NCBI GenBank assembly: GCA_965223295.1
Contig: CBDCWC010000003.1
Span: 1,760,001-1,824,000 of the forward strand
DNA from: Nitrospirales bacterium
GTDB taxonomy: Bacteria; Nitrospirota; Nitrospiria; Nitrospirales; UBA8639
Length of the DNA: 64,000 nucleotides
Direction of reading: 5' to 3'
Shown here in pieces: positions 9,850 through 19,931 of this stretch. The position numbers and the translations under genes were made by a program. A model generated the notes under the pieces. That model had not been told where the DNA came from, did no database searches, and was given only the letters and a program-made list of their open reading frames with translations. Position 1 is the first letter of the stretch, and the number at the start of each line of letters is the position of its first letter.

Positions 9850-12276
9850 ATGAGTGTTCTCTTCACGTTTGTTGATCCACGCCGATGGTGGGCTGATCTG
9901 GCAGGTGTGTGGAGAGATACTCGACTGATCGTCGTCACAGCTCAAATTGCGGCGATATATGCCGCGATTCTTATTCCGTTCAAGGCAGGAATACCCATTA
10001 TTCCAGGATTTGTGGAGCTGCGTCCGGCTAATGCCGTTCCTATTGTTGCATCTCTATTATTTGGCCCTGCAGCGGCATGGGGAGCTGGAATAGGCAATAT
10101 TATTGGTGATTGTTTTGGGACGTTAGGCCCCGCCAGTCTGTTCGGTTTCTTCGGGAATTTTTTCTTAGGCTATCTGCCTTATTTGTTCTGGGGACATCTG
10201 GGGTGGTTGTCATCTGGACAGCCGCCCATCATTCAATCTTGGCGGCAAGCTTTAGAGTATGGCGTGATTTGTGTTGTCGCTTCCGGAGCATGTGCGGGAA
10301 TTATTGGGTGGGGCGTGGAACTATTGGGTTTGCTTCCCTTTATGGTGTTGGCGCCTGCGATTTTTTTTAACAATATTGTCATGGCCATCTTTTTAGGTCC
10401 GCCCCTATTGGGATTTCTCTATCCTCGGGTTCAGCGATGGCAAGTGGGATGTGAGCACATACAGCTCGGCACTGTTTCACCAAAGTACTCTGATCAAGTA
10501 AGTCATGCGGATTATGGAGAAATTGATAGCATCCATTGTGTAAATCATCATGCTCAGGGTTCTTTGCCTCTTTTAGATTGTCGAGAATGTTCTTTTTCTT
10601 ATCCCAAACAAACAGTTTCGGCACTTCAGGGCATCACCTTCTCCATTATGCCTGGCGAAATTGTTTTGCTGTTAGGACGTAGTGGGTCAGGTAAATCGAC
10701 GCTCTGCTATACCTGTAATGGGCTGATCCCCCATATGGTTCCAGGAAGCATAAGTGGAACGTTACGAGTATGTGGCTCGGATACACGAACCAAACCGGTC
10801 TGGAAATGGGCGGACAGAGTAGGCTTGGTCTTCCAGGACTTTGAAACGCAACTCGTCGGAACGACGGTCAAATCAGAAATCCTCCATCCATTGGAATACC
10901 ACGACCCACCCCTCTCTTCAGATGATATAGAGGGACGCATTGCCCGGACACTTCATTGGGTTGGGTTGGACGTCAATCTTGACCGTGATCCGATGATGAT
11001 GTCTGGTGGGCAACGTCAACGGCTTGCGATGGCTTCAGTCTTGGTTCAGCACCCGAAGTTGTTAATTTTGGATGAGCCCAGTTCGGATTTGGATCCCGTG
11101 AGCCGTCGACATTTACGGCAGACGCTGCGCCAATTGCGGGATGAGGGAGTGGGCTTACTGCTCACTGAGCAGAGTCACGATGATCTTCAGTTCGCGGATG
11201 AAGTGATGATACTTGACCAGGGCCAGTTGATTTGGAAGGGGCCACCAAGTGCATTGCTCCGAATGCCGCAGATGATGCGGCAGCATGGGATCAGGCCCCT
11301 TGCCCTGACGGAATGTTTTGAGGACCTGGAAGGTGATTCGTTACCTATTACGGTAGAGGAAGCGTGGGCCTATGCGGAGAAATCTCATTTAACAATCCAA
11401 CCTCCAGGGGAGGTGTTGGATGATGTTGTGAGGTTGGGCAAGCGAGCTGGATGGTTAGACAGACAACAAAAACCGTACATTCAGATGAGTAATGTCTGCT
11501 TTCATTATGCGGAACAGCCGGTTCTTCAGAACATTAATTGTGCCATCTACTCAGGAGAGTTTCTGGCCTTGTTAGGAGCCAATGGGTCGGGGAAAAGCAC
11601 ATTGGCGCGATTGCTGAATGGACTCTTGACGCCAACTCAAGGAAAGATTGTTGTTGATGGTTTGGATGCATGTGAGGCATCAATGAACGAGATTGCAAAG
11701 CGGGTCGGCTTGGTTTTTCAGAACCCTGACCAGCAAATTTTTGCTGACACTGTATGGGAAGAAGTAGCCTTTGGTGCCAAAAATTTTGGATGTTCACAAG
11801 ATGAGATCGTGACTCGTGTTCGTGAATCGTTACTGGCAGTGGGGCTTCCGGTCGAGAAGAGTCGTGATTTGGACCCTTTTTCGTTACGAAAAGGCGAGCG
11901 TCAACGTGTGGCTGTTGCTGCAATTCTTGCGACTCAACCCGCTTGCTTGATTTTTGATGAACCGACCACAGGTCTTGATGCCGACGAAACTGACCGCATG
12001 ATGGCCATGCTCAGCGAGTTAAATTGTGAAGGGCATACCGTTGTGGTGATCACCCATTCGATGAGATTGGTCGCTGAGTATGCGCATCGATGTCTTTTAC
12101 TCAAAGAAGGAAAAATTTTGACTGACGGGTCCCCGCGAGATATTTTTCAAGATGTAGATCTTGTCCGTTCTTCATCTTTGGCAATTCCCCATATTGTTCA
12201 GTTTAGTCAACGATGGGGCCAGACATTATTAACTGTCAACGAGGTGAAAGCCTCTCTGAAGCGCAAGTTGGTATGA
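9850..12276 (+). CDS. ECF transporter: QueT-like S-component fused to two ABC ATPase domains
   Basis: N-terminal ~190 aa hydrophobic domain (ELRPANAVP..LFGP..GNIIGD), then two ATPases (GRSGSGKST and GANGSGKST, VFQNPD). Confidence 0.85.
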   Translation: MSVLFTFVDPRRWWADLAGVWRDTRLIVVTAQIAAIYAAILIPFKAGIPIIPGFVELRPANAVPIVASLLFGPAAAWGAGIGNIIGDCFGTLGPASLFGFFGNFFLGYLPYLFWGHLGWLSSGQPPIIQSWRQALEYGVICVVASGACAGIIGWGVELLGLLPFMVLAPAIFFNNIVMAIFLGPPLLGFLYPRVQRWQVGCEHIQLGTVSPKYSDQVSHADYGEIDSIHCVNHHAQGSLPLLDCRECSFSYPKQTVSALQGITFSIMPGEIVLLLGRSGSGKSTLCYTCNGLIPHMVPGSISGTLRVCGSDTRTKPVWKWADRVGLVFQDFETQLVGTTVKSEILHPLEYHDPPLSSDDIEGRIARTLHWVGLDVNLDRDPMMMSGGQRQRLAMASVLVQHPKLLILDEPSSDLDPVSRRHLRQTLRQLRDEGVGLLLTEQSHDDLQFADEVMILDQGQLIWKGPPSALLRMPQMMRQHGIRPLALTECFEDLEGDSLPITVEEAWAYAEKSHLTIQPPGEVLDDVVRLGKRAGWLDRQQKPYIQMSNVCFHYAEQPVLQNINCAIYSGEFLALLGANGSGKSTLARLLNGLLTPTQGKIVVDGLDACEASMNEIAKRVGLVFQNPDQQIFADTVWEEVAFGAKNFGCSQDEIVTRVRESLLAVGLPVEKSRDLDPFSLRKGERQRVAVAAILATQPACLIFDEPTTGLDADETDRMMAMLSELNCEGHTVVVITHSMRLVAEYAHRCLLLKEGKILTDGSPRDIFQDVDLVRSSSLAIPHIVQFSQRWGQTLLTVNEVKASLKRKLV

Positions 12277-12333
12277 GTATAGGGCGGCTTTTTGGGGAAG
12301 AATGAATCCTAAAATAATAGTAGGTGAAATACG

Positions 12334-13122
12334 ATGAACGTTTCTTTGTATGTGAACAAGAATACATGGGTTCATCGGTTAGATGGACGAACAAAAACCC
12401 TGGCCGTCCTCGGCTTCTTTTCGCTAGCGTTGTGTTTTTCGCATCCGGGATACCTCTTTCCTGTCTTGGCCCTCTTGGGTGCGTGTTTGATTGCCGCCCA
12501 AGCAGGGGAAAGTCTCAAAAAGGTATGGGTTTTGGCGGCTTTGTTGGTGGTGTACAGCATGATTCTTTGGCCATTTTTTGTGGAGGGAACAACTCCAGTT
12601 CCTATTTTTCAAGCGATAGGGGTGACATGGGAAGGGTGTCTTTTTGGATTTGGCATGGGACTTCGCTTACTCATCATGATGTTAGGAGGTGTGTGGTTGC
12701 TTTCCACAACAACAATTGAAGAATTGGCGCAAGCCTCTGAGCGCCTAGGCTTACCTTCCAGAATTGGTTTTGCTTTTTCCTTAGCTTTTCGCTGGGTTGG
12801 GATTCTTTTAGGAGCAGGAGTCGGGGTGGTTCAGGCTCAACGTTCCCGAGGATTGGATATTTCATCGGGAACGATCGTTGACCGTATCCGCAAGTATGTG
12901 CCTTTGGTCGTGCCGTTAATTGGACATGCACTTCGTCAAACCAATCTCCTTGCCATGGCCCTGGAGTCTAAAGGATTTCATCCCTTGGCGCTTCGCTCGT
13001 ACTATACCAGGGGAAGGATGACGTGGTTAGATTATGTTGTCCTGCTTCTACTCGGTATTTTACTGGTAGCCAGTGTGTGGATGAGGTGGAGCGGAATCGG
13101 GATAGTAGAGGTGAGATTTTGA
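12334..13122 (+). CDS. ecfT: ECF transporter transmembrane T component
   Basis: HRLDGRTK, AQRSRG and ALESKG motifs. Confidence 0.9.
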   Translation: MNVSLYVNKNTWVHRLDGRTKTLAVLGFFSLALCFSHPGYLFPVLALLGACLIAAQAGESLKKVWVLAALLVVYSMILWPFFVEGTTPVPIFQAIGVTWEGCLFGFGMGLRLLIMMLGGVWLLSTTTIEELAQASERLGLPSRIGFAFSLAFRWVGILLGAGVGVVQAQRSRGLDISSGTIVDRIRKYVPLVVPLIGHALRQTNLLAMALESKGFHPLALRSYYTRGRMTWLDYVVLLLLGILLVASVWMRWSGIGIVEVRF

Positions 13123-13136
13123 TGACTGTGACAGAG

Positions 13137-13174
13137 AAAAAATGGCCCATCCAATATTCCTTGGATGGGCCATT
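13137..13174 (-). terminator. Rho-independent terminator between convergent ecfT and PEP-CTERM genes
   Basis: Perfect 14-bp stem AATGGCCCATCCAA/TTGGATGGGCCATT with a 6-nt loop and a T-run on the minus strand. Confidence 0.85.
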
Positions 13175-13198
13175 AATGAGGTCAAAAGACTCGGAACG

Positions 13199-13771
13199 TT
13201 ATGCTTGTTTCTTGCGGAGACGCCAGGCGCCTAAACCGAGTAAGCCTGATCCTAACAATACGATAGTCGAAGGTTCGGGATTGGCAATCAATTTGCCTTG
13301 GGCGGTGTTACCACTTGTGGTGGTATTACTAAATTCAAAGACAAGATCATTATAATCTTTGTCTCCGCCACCCAATTTATCTTCCCAGCCTACCGTTATA
13401 CCGTTATCACCTTGTGTCGACATGGTATGAGCAACGCCATCAATGTTGTTTGCCCCTACTCCGGTGAAAAAAGTCTGTCCCGTGTTCTCTACTTCTAAGC
13501 GAAAGTCTAGGACGGTTCCTGCTGAGAAGTTGCCGAGTGAAATGGTGCTCCCCTCAGCTGAATTGGTGGAAAAAAGAGCTGTATCGCCGAGATACAATGT
13601 GCTGGTATACCCTGCATTACTGCCGGCAAAGGTGATATTCACGTTACCGTCATTCTGGACAATGAGATCTCCCCCAATTGACCCTGCTTGGGCAAAAGCT
13701 GGGATAGCCAAAAGTCCTACAGCAAAAGAGAATGTGGCTAGCATTCTTGATTTCAAAAGTGAATTCTTCAT
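13199..13771 (-). CDS. PEP-CTERM sorting-domain protein (DUF4114-like)
   Basis: Signal peptide; GWED..GGGDKDYNDLVF; C-terminal NPEPSTIVLLGSGLLGLGAWRLRKK. Confidence 0.9.
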   Translation of the reverse strand: MKNSLLKSRMLATFSFAVGLLAIPAFAQAGSIGGDLIVQNDGNVNITFAGSNAGYTSTLYLGDTALFSTNSAEGSTISLGNFSAGTVLDFRLEVENTGQTFFTGVGANNIDGVAHTMSTQGDNGITVGWEDKLGGGDKDYNDLVFEFSNTTTSGNTAQGKLIANPEPSTIVLLGSGLLGLGAWRLRKKQA

Positions 13772-13851
13772 GTTTTTTCCCTCCTTCTAAATAATCTTAA
13801 TCAAAAACTCGATTTCGTAGATGTCTAGCTCTAAACCGATGACAATGGATT

Positions 13852-13868
13852 AAGCAAAAGTTAGGCCA
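13852..13868 (-). promoter_or_regulatory. Sigma54 promoter of the PEP-CTERM gene
   Basis: Minus strand TGGCCTAACTTTTGCTT, GG-N10-GC. Confidence 0.75.
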
Positions 13869-14018
13869 TATGTAATATGTAGAATATAAGCTATTGAATA
13901 TTAGGAGAATTAGTGTGAATTAAATGCTGATATGTACATTCTAGTACTCATTTTTAGAGTGTTTTACCCTACTATTTTGCAAAATGTGACTCTCAAATTG
14001 CAACTGACACAGCAAACT

Positions 14019-14035
14019 TGTAAAGAAATATGACA
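14019..14035. promoter_or_regulatory. Enhancer-binding-protein site (TGT-N11-ACA, PrsR-type)
   Basis: TGTAAAGAAATATGACA, ~150 bp upstream of the sigma54 promoter across an AT-rich spacer. Confidence 0.6.
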
Positions 14036-14273
14036 TTTTTTTTACCAATAGCAAGAATTTATGGTCATTTAACAAAAAAAATCTTAAAAAACAATTGATA
14101 TGATAGTCAAAATTCCTAACAACCTATGGAGTGGGGAATAGGCGTCCTCCTAGGATTAGGTATTTAGTCGGTGTAGGGTTCTTCATACCCTCGAGCACTG
14201 TTGACCTCGGGGCAATATACGTGAACACTCGAATAAGATAGGGCGGAACAATCTTATGAAGAGAAGAAGTGTG

Positions 14274-14480
14274 TTACCCAAGAACTGGAGATTGAGGACA
14301 TGATTGCTCTTCTTTGGCAAGGTCCACAAATTTCGAAATATTTTTAATACAGCGACCACAACAATTTTTCTTGTCGTCGAGCTCTAGCGTAGAGGCAATT
14401 TTTTTGGGACAGATCATACCTGATTTGCCTAATTGCCGCACATCAGATTCCCGAATGCCTTTACAAATACAGATATACAT
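14274..14480 (-). CDS. bfd: Bacterioferritin-associated ferredoxin (Bfd-like 2Fe-2S)
   Basis: MYICICKG...CCGRC. Confidence 0.85.
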   Translation of the reverse strand: MYICICKGIRESDVRQLGKSGMICPKKIASTLELDDKKNCCGRCIKNISKFVDLAKEEQSCPQSPVLG

Positions 14481-14508
14481 CGTTTGTGACCGTTACTGTG
14501 CGTAATTC

Positions 14509-14527
14509 GATAATGATAATAATTCTC
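14509..14527. promoter_or_regulatory. Fur box upstream of bfd
   Basis: GATAATGATAATAATTCTC, 17/19 match to GATAATGATAATCATTATC. Confidence 0.8.
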
Positions 14528-14538
14528 AAATTTAATAG

Positions 14539-14567
14539 ATTTTACTATGGAAGCACTGGGCTGTCAA
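14539..14567 (-). promoter_or_regulatory. Sigma70 promoter of bfd
   Basis: Minus strand TTGACA-N17-TAAAAT. Confidence 0.75.
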
Positions 14568-14726
14568 GAGCAGAAATATCTGTTCAAGTATTTGATAATC
14601 TTATCAATTATGTAAAATTTCCGTAATTTTTTCTTGCTTTTTTGTGGTATTTAAGAGATCTATTTTTTGAAAATACGCGGCAAAAATTTGATGAAGAAAT
14701 GGAGCAGAGTGGGGGCAGAGTACGGA

Positions 14727-15020
14727 ATGAAAATCAAGCCATGTTTCATAGAAGGTTCTGAAGATGTAGTGCTCCGCATCCACTGTCAGCCACGAGCATC
14801 GAGAACAGAAATTGTTGGAATGCATGGGGATTCCATCAAAGTTCGGCTGGCAGCGCCTCCGGTCGATGGTGCTGCCAATATTAAGTTATGCCAATTTCTT
14901 TCGGAGTATTTCGGTGTTTCACATCAAGATGTCAAGATTCTTTCGGGACACAGTTCGAGGAAAAAGCATGTGTTGATTCAAGGTAAAACTGTTCTAGAAC
15001 TTCAAAAGTATTTAACGTAA
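14727..15020 (+). CDS. yggU: DUF167 (YggU) family protein
   Basis: QPRASRTEI..G..IKVRLAAPPVDGAAN..SGHSSRKK. Confidence 0.88.
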   Translation: MKIKPCFIEGSEDVVLRIHCQPRASRTEIVGMHGDSIKVRLAAPPVDGAANIKLCQFLSEYFGVSHQDVKILSGHSSRKKHVLIQGKTVLELQKYLT

Positions 15021-15126
15021 AAACATGAAAACAATTCAACAATGATCTGTAGAGCTTATAGATTTGCCCGATCAATCTTCATAGCAATCAAGCCAAAATT
15101 CTCCTAACACCTTCTGTTGGTTTTGG

Positions 15127-15155
15127 TTTACAACCTCCCAGCCCAATTTTATAAT
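15127..15155 (+). promoter_or_regulatory. Sigma70 promoter upstream of the vWA gene
   Basis: TTTACA-N17-TATAAT. Confidence 0.55.
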
Positions 15156-15265
15156 GCCCAGCCTTGGTCAGTTTTTTGTGGTTGGTTAGGTTTCCCAACT
15201 TGAACGAACTTTCTCTGCTTAAAAGGCAACTAATTGTGAACTGGTGAAGCAATTAATAGGTTGAA

Positions 15266-18200
15266 ATGTCGCAACAGTCGCAACAACCAAATATTGTTAG
15301 AGAGCTTTTACGTGATCGGCTCGATGAGAAGACGGCTCAGAACATCTACGACCAACTGGTCGAAGTGCAACTTCAGGGTCCTGTCAGGGAATTGTTAGTT
15401 GAGTTAGGAGCGATTTCCACGAAAGTTCAAGGGGAGTCTATCTCGGCTTTAGGGGAGCTGCACCGTCGAGGATGTCTGGATAGTGTTGTCCCTTGGCTTG
15501 ATCTGGGCATCACACTCTCACAGGCAACGGGAGCGCTAGGTCTTCGGTATTTTAAGGAAAGCCCAGCCATCCTGAGCTTTATCAAAAAAGAGTATTGCAC
15601 GGACCAGTTGTTTGCCCAAGTCCTCGAGTTAGCTGACGGGCCGTCGGAGACGGCGCCGCAATGTGCCTATGAATGGTTCAAGGTGTTACCTCAGATGTCT
15701 GAGGAGCATTCTTTATCAGATTTGCAGGAGTGGGCTTCGCTGGGGATGGAGCTTGCGGGCTGGAACTATGTGCTCGGGAATGAATTTCTGCGTGAGTGTC
15801 CATCTATTGCAAAGGCAATTCCCCTAGATGTTGCAAAAGATTGGATTGGGTTTGGCATGAAGTTGATGGTGCAGAACAGCTTTGGAAAACCAGACTATGT
15901 CGGGACTTTAGAATTTTTTCGAACCAGCCCCAGTCTCTTTCTAGAAGTCCCTGAATCTGGTGTCAAGCGATGGGTGGTTGATTTTGGGTCCAACTTAGCG
16001 GACCGTTCTCCTGAGCAGGCCATTGCCTTTTTAGCCGAAGCGCCGGCAATTCTGGGGCGGTTGCCCAATGAGGAATGGAAGGTGCGGGTATTAAAATTTG
16101 GACTGTTAGTGATTGACCGAGATCCTGAGGCGGCGTTGACCTACTTTCGGCAAGTCCCTGAAGTTGTGGGGTTTCAGAGCTCAACGGGCGAAACCTCGGT
16201 GTTCGATGCGTGGTTTAAGCAGGGGATGGAGGCATTAGAATATAGCATCGAAGCCGGGTGTGCCTTTTTTGCACTTGAGACTCAACAAGCTTGCGCTGTT
16301 GTGGAAGAGGCGCTTAGTGGGGTTCCCTTCCGTCACGTTGCCCGTTCCTTGAAAATGTTTGCGAAGGCGTTATGTGGAGAAGATGTGACGTTGGAGACGC
16401 TGCCAGAACAAGGAAAGACAGGTAGGGCGTCAGAACAATCTATGTCGGATGGGAGTTCTGCTCGAGCGCAGTCGAATCCTGGAAATTTCACAATTTATCT
16501 TCCGCTCATCATGAAGCGAGCTTCAACCCAAGAAGGAAATCGACGTTGGTATTCTGTCATGGTGGCCCATGAGGTTGGCCACATAGAGTTTGGCACCTAT
16601 CGCGTATCAAGTGAATTTGTGCAGCATATTGCGTCGGATGTGCAAGAGCGATATGGAACACAGGACGCGAGACCTTCTGGTTCGATCCGTACGTTGGGAG
16701 ATGTATTTCGCCTCTATCCTCAGCCAGGAATTATACGGGATTTGTGGGAAATTCTGGAGGATGCCAGAATTGATTTTCTACTGAAGCAGGAATATCCAGG
16801 GTTGCAGGAAGATTTAACGATTTTGACAACCGAGGCCATTCAAACTCGTACGCTGTCACATGGGATGACGGCGCGAGAAATTGTATTGGATGCGTTGCTG
16901 CTATATTTTTCTGGGCTGACCAAGGATGATTTTTCACGTCCAGGGCTCCAAGAGGTTATCGATCATGTGTGGTCCATGGCTCGGACCATTCTCCATTCGA
17001 CAGCCACGGTCGATGATGCACTTCGACTTGCAGATCGCCTGTACCAAACATTAGAAGATCAGATTGGCACGTTGGCAAAGGATTCGGAAGAGGAGGATCG
17101 TGAAGATTTCGCCGAAACAGGAGCTCTATCGAACGAAGAGCAACATCATGAAGGGACAGAACATTTAGAGAATGCCTACCAACCTCTTCAAAATTTGGCC
17201 TTTCGAGGGATCCTAAATCCAGATCATATTCAAGCACAAAATAATGAGTCCTCGGATGATAAACAGCCTGGAGGGCAGCAAACGGGAGGAGGCCATTTAG
17301 AGGGCCAAATGGGGAACGAATTGATAAGTCGGCAGCAGCCCGCTCCTTCTTCTCCATCGCAAACTTCACAAGACCCTCAACAACCTGTTTTTGGAGTCTC
17401 ACCTCTACAACAGTGGTTTCAGCCGAATCTTCGCCCTCAAGGAGTATCCGGTGTGACCGTCAGCGGTGGGGAATATCTGTATGATGAGTGGGATGGCATC
17501 ATTCGTGACTATCGTCCTCAGTGGTGTCGAGTGTTTGAAAAGACAGGTGTGGAAGGTTTGCCAGATTTTGTTGATGAAACCTTTCAGTCTTATGGGCCGA
17601 TCGTCCGGTTGATTCGACGCTACTTTGAGGCGATTCGTCCGGAAGCCTTTCGGAGAATTGGTCGGCAGGCCGATGGAGAGGATATCGATCTTGACGCACT
17701 GGTGAGTTGGATGGTGGACCGGCGACAAGGACATGAACCACCCGAGCAAGTCTATTCCACCCGTCGAAAACATGACCGCCAGGTGGCAGTAGCTTTTTTG
17801 GTTGATATGAGTGGTTCAACCGGGCGCCAAATTGGAGTACGGAGTCGCCCAGTTATTGATATCGAAAAAGAAGGACTGTTGTTGTTGTCCGAGGCTCTTT
17901 CGGCTATTGGTGATCAATATGCAATGTATGGATTTTCTGGACAGAGTCGACAATCTGTCGACATCCATGTTCTGAAAGATTTTGAGCAACGTTCAGGGAG
18001 GCGGGTCGGGCTGAAAATCAGTGGGGTGAAGCCACGGCAACAAAATCGTGATGGGGCTGCTATCCGTCATGCGACTCAACGGTTGATCCAGCAGGCTGCA
18101 AAGGTCCAGTTGCTTATGTTGCTCAGCGATGGGAAACCGTTAGATGATGAGTATGCAGATGAATATGCGTTAGAAGATACGAAGATGGCGCTTAGAGAGG

Positions 18201-18361
18201 CAAGACGTCAAGGGATTCATCCCTTTTGCATTACCATTGACCATGCGGAGACTGATTATGTTCAACGCATGTATGGAGATATCGGATTTCTGGTTGTTGA
18301 TGAGGTTGAGACTCTTCCAACCCGATTGCCCAAAATTTATCAACGGTTAACCGCGATGTAA
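15266..18361 (+). CDS. CbbO/NorD-like von Willebrand A domain protein with long N-terminal extension
   Basis: HEVGH and EDARID motifs; YDEWD..DY; DGEDIDLDA; MIDAS DMSGST; RDGAAIRHA; LSDGKP. Confidence 0.85.
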   Translation: MSQQSQQPNIVRELLRDRLDEKTAQNIYDQLVEVQLQGPVRELLVELGAISTKVQGESISALGELHRRGCLDSVVPWLDLGITLSQATGALGLRYFKESPAILSFIKKEYCTDQLFAQVLELADGPSETAPQCAYEWFKVLPQMSEEHSLSDLQEWASLGMELAGWNYVLGNEFLRECPSIAKAIPLDVAKDWIGFGMKLMVQNSFGKPDYVGTLEFFRTSPSLFLEVPESGVKRWVVDFGSNLADRSPEQAIAFLAEAPAILGRLPNEEWKVRVLKFGLLVIDRDPEAALTYFRQVPEVVGFQSSTGETSVFDAWFKQGMEALEYSIEAGCAFFALETQQACAVVEEALSGVPFRHVARSLKMFAKALCGEDVTLETLPEQGKTGRASEQSMSDGSSARAQSNPGNFTIYLPLIMKRASTQEGNRRWYSVMVAHEVGHIEFGTYRVSSEFVQHIASDVQERYGTQDARPSGSIRTLGDVFRLYPQPGIIRDLWEILEDARIDFLLKQEYPGLQEDLTILTTEAIQTRTLSHGMTAREIVLDALLLYFSGLTKDDFSRPGLQEVIDHVWSMARTILHSTATVDDALRLADRLYQTLEDQIGTLAKDSEEEDREDFAETGALSNEEQHHEGTEHLENAYQPLQNLAFRGILNPDHIQAQNNESSDDKQPGGQQTGGGHLEGQMGNELISRQQPAPSSPSQTSQDPQQPVFGVSPLQQWFQPNLRPQGVSGVTVSGGEYLYDEWDGIIRDYRPQWCRVFEKTGVEGLPDFVDETFQSYGPIVRLIRRYFEAIRPEAFRRIGRQADGEDIDLDALVSWMVDRRQGHEPPEQVYSTRRKHDRQVAVAFLVDMSGSTGRQIGVRSRPVIDIEKEGLLLLSEALSAIGDQYAMYGFSGQSRQSVDIHVLKDFEQRSGRRVGLKISGVKPRQQNRDGAAIRHATQRLIQQAAKVQLLMLLSDGKPLDDEYADEYALEDTKMALREARRQGIHPFCITIDHAETDYVQRMYGDIGFLVVDEVETLPTRLPKIYQRLTAM

Positions 18362-18374
18362 ACGAGATAAGATA

Positions 18375-18782
18375 ATGACTACCTCAACTCATCCTGAGGT
18401 CCCTCCGTGGCTGTATAAACTGTTTACCGGTCATCAATATCCCTATGTCCGGCGACAAGCCAAATTTGATAAGAAAGATCGTCCGCCCGATGGTGATCGG
18501 CCTGAGCCGACACCAGAGGAAATCCAAGAAAAATTTTGGCAAATCTACCCACGTTGTCGGGCCAAGATGTTGCAAGAAGTCAAAACCGGGATGATTGTGG
18601 CGTTTAACGAATTGGGTGAATATGCGGCTGGAACCTATCAGGAATTTATCGATCACCCTGAGGATTTTTTGGCTCGAGAATATGGAAAGAAGAAGATTAA
18701 AGTAAATTTTTATGATGGGGATAATTTTGTCTGTACCATTAATTTTAAAGTCGCAGGGTGGACCAGCCATGAGGATGATTAA
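18375..18782 (+). CDS. Hypothetical protein
   Basis: 135-aa ORF packed between the vWA gene and mdh in the same orientation. Confidence 0.7.
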   Translation: MTTSTHPEVPPWLYKLFTGHQYPYVRRQAKFDKKDRPPDGDRPEPTPEEIQEKFWQIYPRCRAKMLQEVKTGMIVAFNELGEYAAGTYQEFIDHPEDFLAREYGKKKIKVNFYDGDNFVCTINFKVAGWTSHEDD

Positions 18783-18821
18783 ACCCGCTTGGCTGAAATC
18801 TTGTAAGGGATAGGTGGCGTT

Positions 18822-19769
18822 ATGAGGCGAGTGAAAGTCACGGTGGTTGGAGCAGGGAATGTGGGTGGGTCTATCGCTCAACGCCTTGCTGAAAAAAACT
18901 GGTACGACATTGTTTTAGTAGATATTGTGGAAGGTATGCCTCAGGGCAAAGCGCTGGACTTGGTGGAGGCGGGGCCAGTTTGTGCGTACGATTCTGCTGT
19001 CACAGGTGCCAATAACTATGAGGCCACAAAAGATTCAGACCTGGTGGTCATTACCTCGGGTATCCCTCGAAAGCCCGGCATGAGTCGTGATGAATTATTA
19101 GCCACCAATACCAAGATTGTTTCCTCCGTTGTACGCGAAACCGTCAAGCGATCCCCAGAAGCGATTCTCATTATTGTTTCGAATCCGCTCGATGTAATGA
19201 CGCATGTGGCTCACCAGGTGAGTGGGTTTTCAAGAAACCGAGTCATAGGGATGGCTGGTGTCTTGGATTCAGCCCGGTTTCGCTCCTTCATTGCGGAAGC
19301 TTTACAAGTCTCCGTAGAAAATATTCATGCCATGGTCTTAGGTGGCCATGGGGATTTGATGGTGCCCCTTATTCGGTATTCGACCGTGGCTGGGCGACCA
19401 CTTCCTGAATGGTTCTCGCCGGAAAAGCTAGAAGCGTTGATCAAGCGAACACGCGAAGGCGGAGCAGAAATTGTCAATTTATTAAAGACTGGAAGTGCCT
19501 ATTATGCTCCAGCTGCTTCCGTGGTGGAAATGGTGGAGGCGATTACCAAAGACCAAAAGAAAATTCTCCCCTGTGCAACCTTATGCGAAGGAGAATATGG
19601 GTTTGATCATTTGGTGTTGGGGGTGCCGGTGAAACTTGGATCTAACGGTGCGGAGGCCATTATTGAATATGCTCTGACTCATGAGGAAAAAACAGCGTTA
19701 GAAGCCTCGGCGAAAGCGGTGCAGGAATTATGTGGAAAAGTTGATGTGATGATGGAAAAAATGTCTTAG
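18822..19769 (+). CDS. mdh: Malate dehydrogenase (LDH-like)
   Basis: GAGNVG, RKPGMSR, LDSARFR, VLGGHGD. Confidence 0.95.
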   Translation: MRRVKVTVVGAGNVGGSIAQRLAEKNWYDIVLVDIVEGMPQGKALDLVEAGPVCAYDSAVTGANNYEATKDSDLVVITSGIPRKPGMSRDELLATNTKIVSSVVRETVKRSPEAILIIVSNPLDVMTHVAHQVSGFSRNRVIGMAGVLDSARFRSFIAEALQVSVENIHAMVLGGHGDLMVPLIRYSTVAGRPLPEWFSPEKLEALIKRTREGGAEIVNLLKTGSAYYAPAASVVEMVEAITKDQKKILPCATLCEGEYGFDHLVLGVPVKLGSNGAEAIIEYALTHEEKTALEASAKAVQELCGKVDVMMEKMS

Positions 19770-19846
19770 AAGCACACCTTTCTCCGCACGTAATTTCAAA
19801 GGTGTTGTTCAAGAAATTCGCCAATGAAAACCGTACTCTTGAATGC

Positions 19847-19876
19847 TTGACGCCCTGAGAACCCCATTCGTATAGT
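19847..19876 (+). promoter_or_regulatory. Candidate sigma70 promoter of the nuoF-like operon
   Basis: TTGACG-N18-TATAGT. Confidence 0.5.
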
Positions 19877-19931
19877 GGTCATAAGTATAAAGAAGCACTC
19901 CTGAAAAAAGTCGTCCCTGTTTACTCTATAT

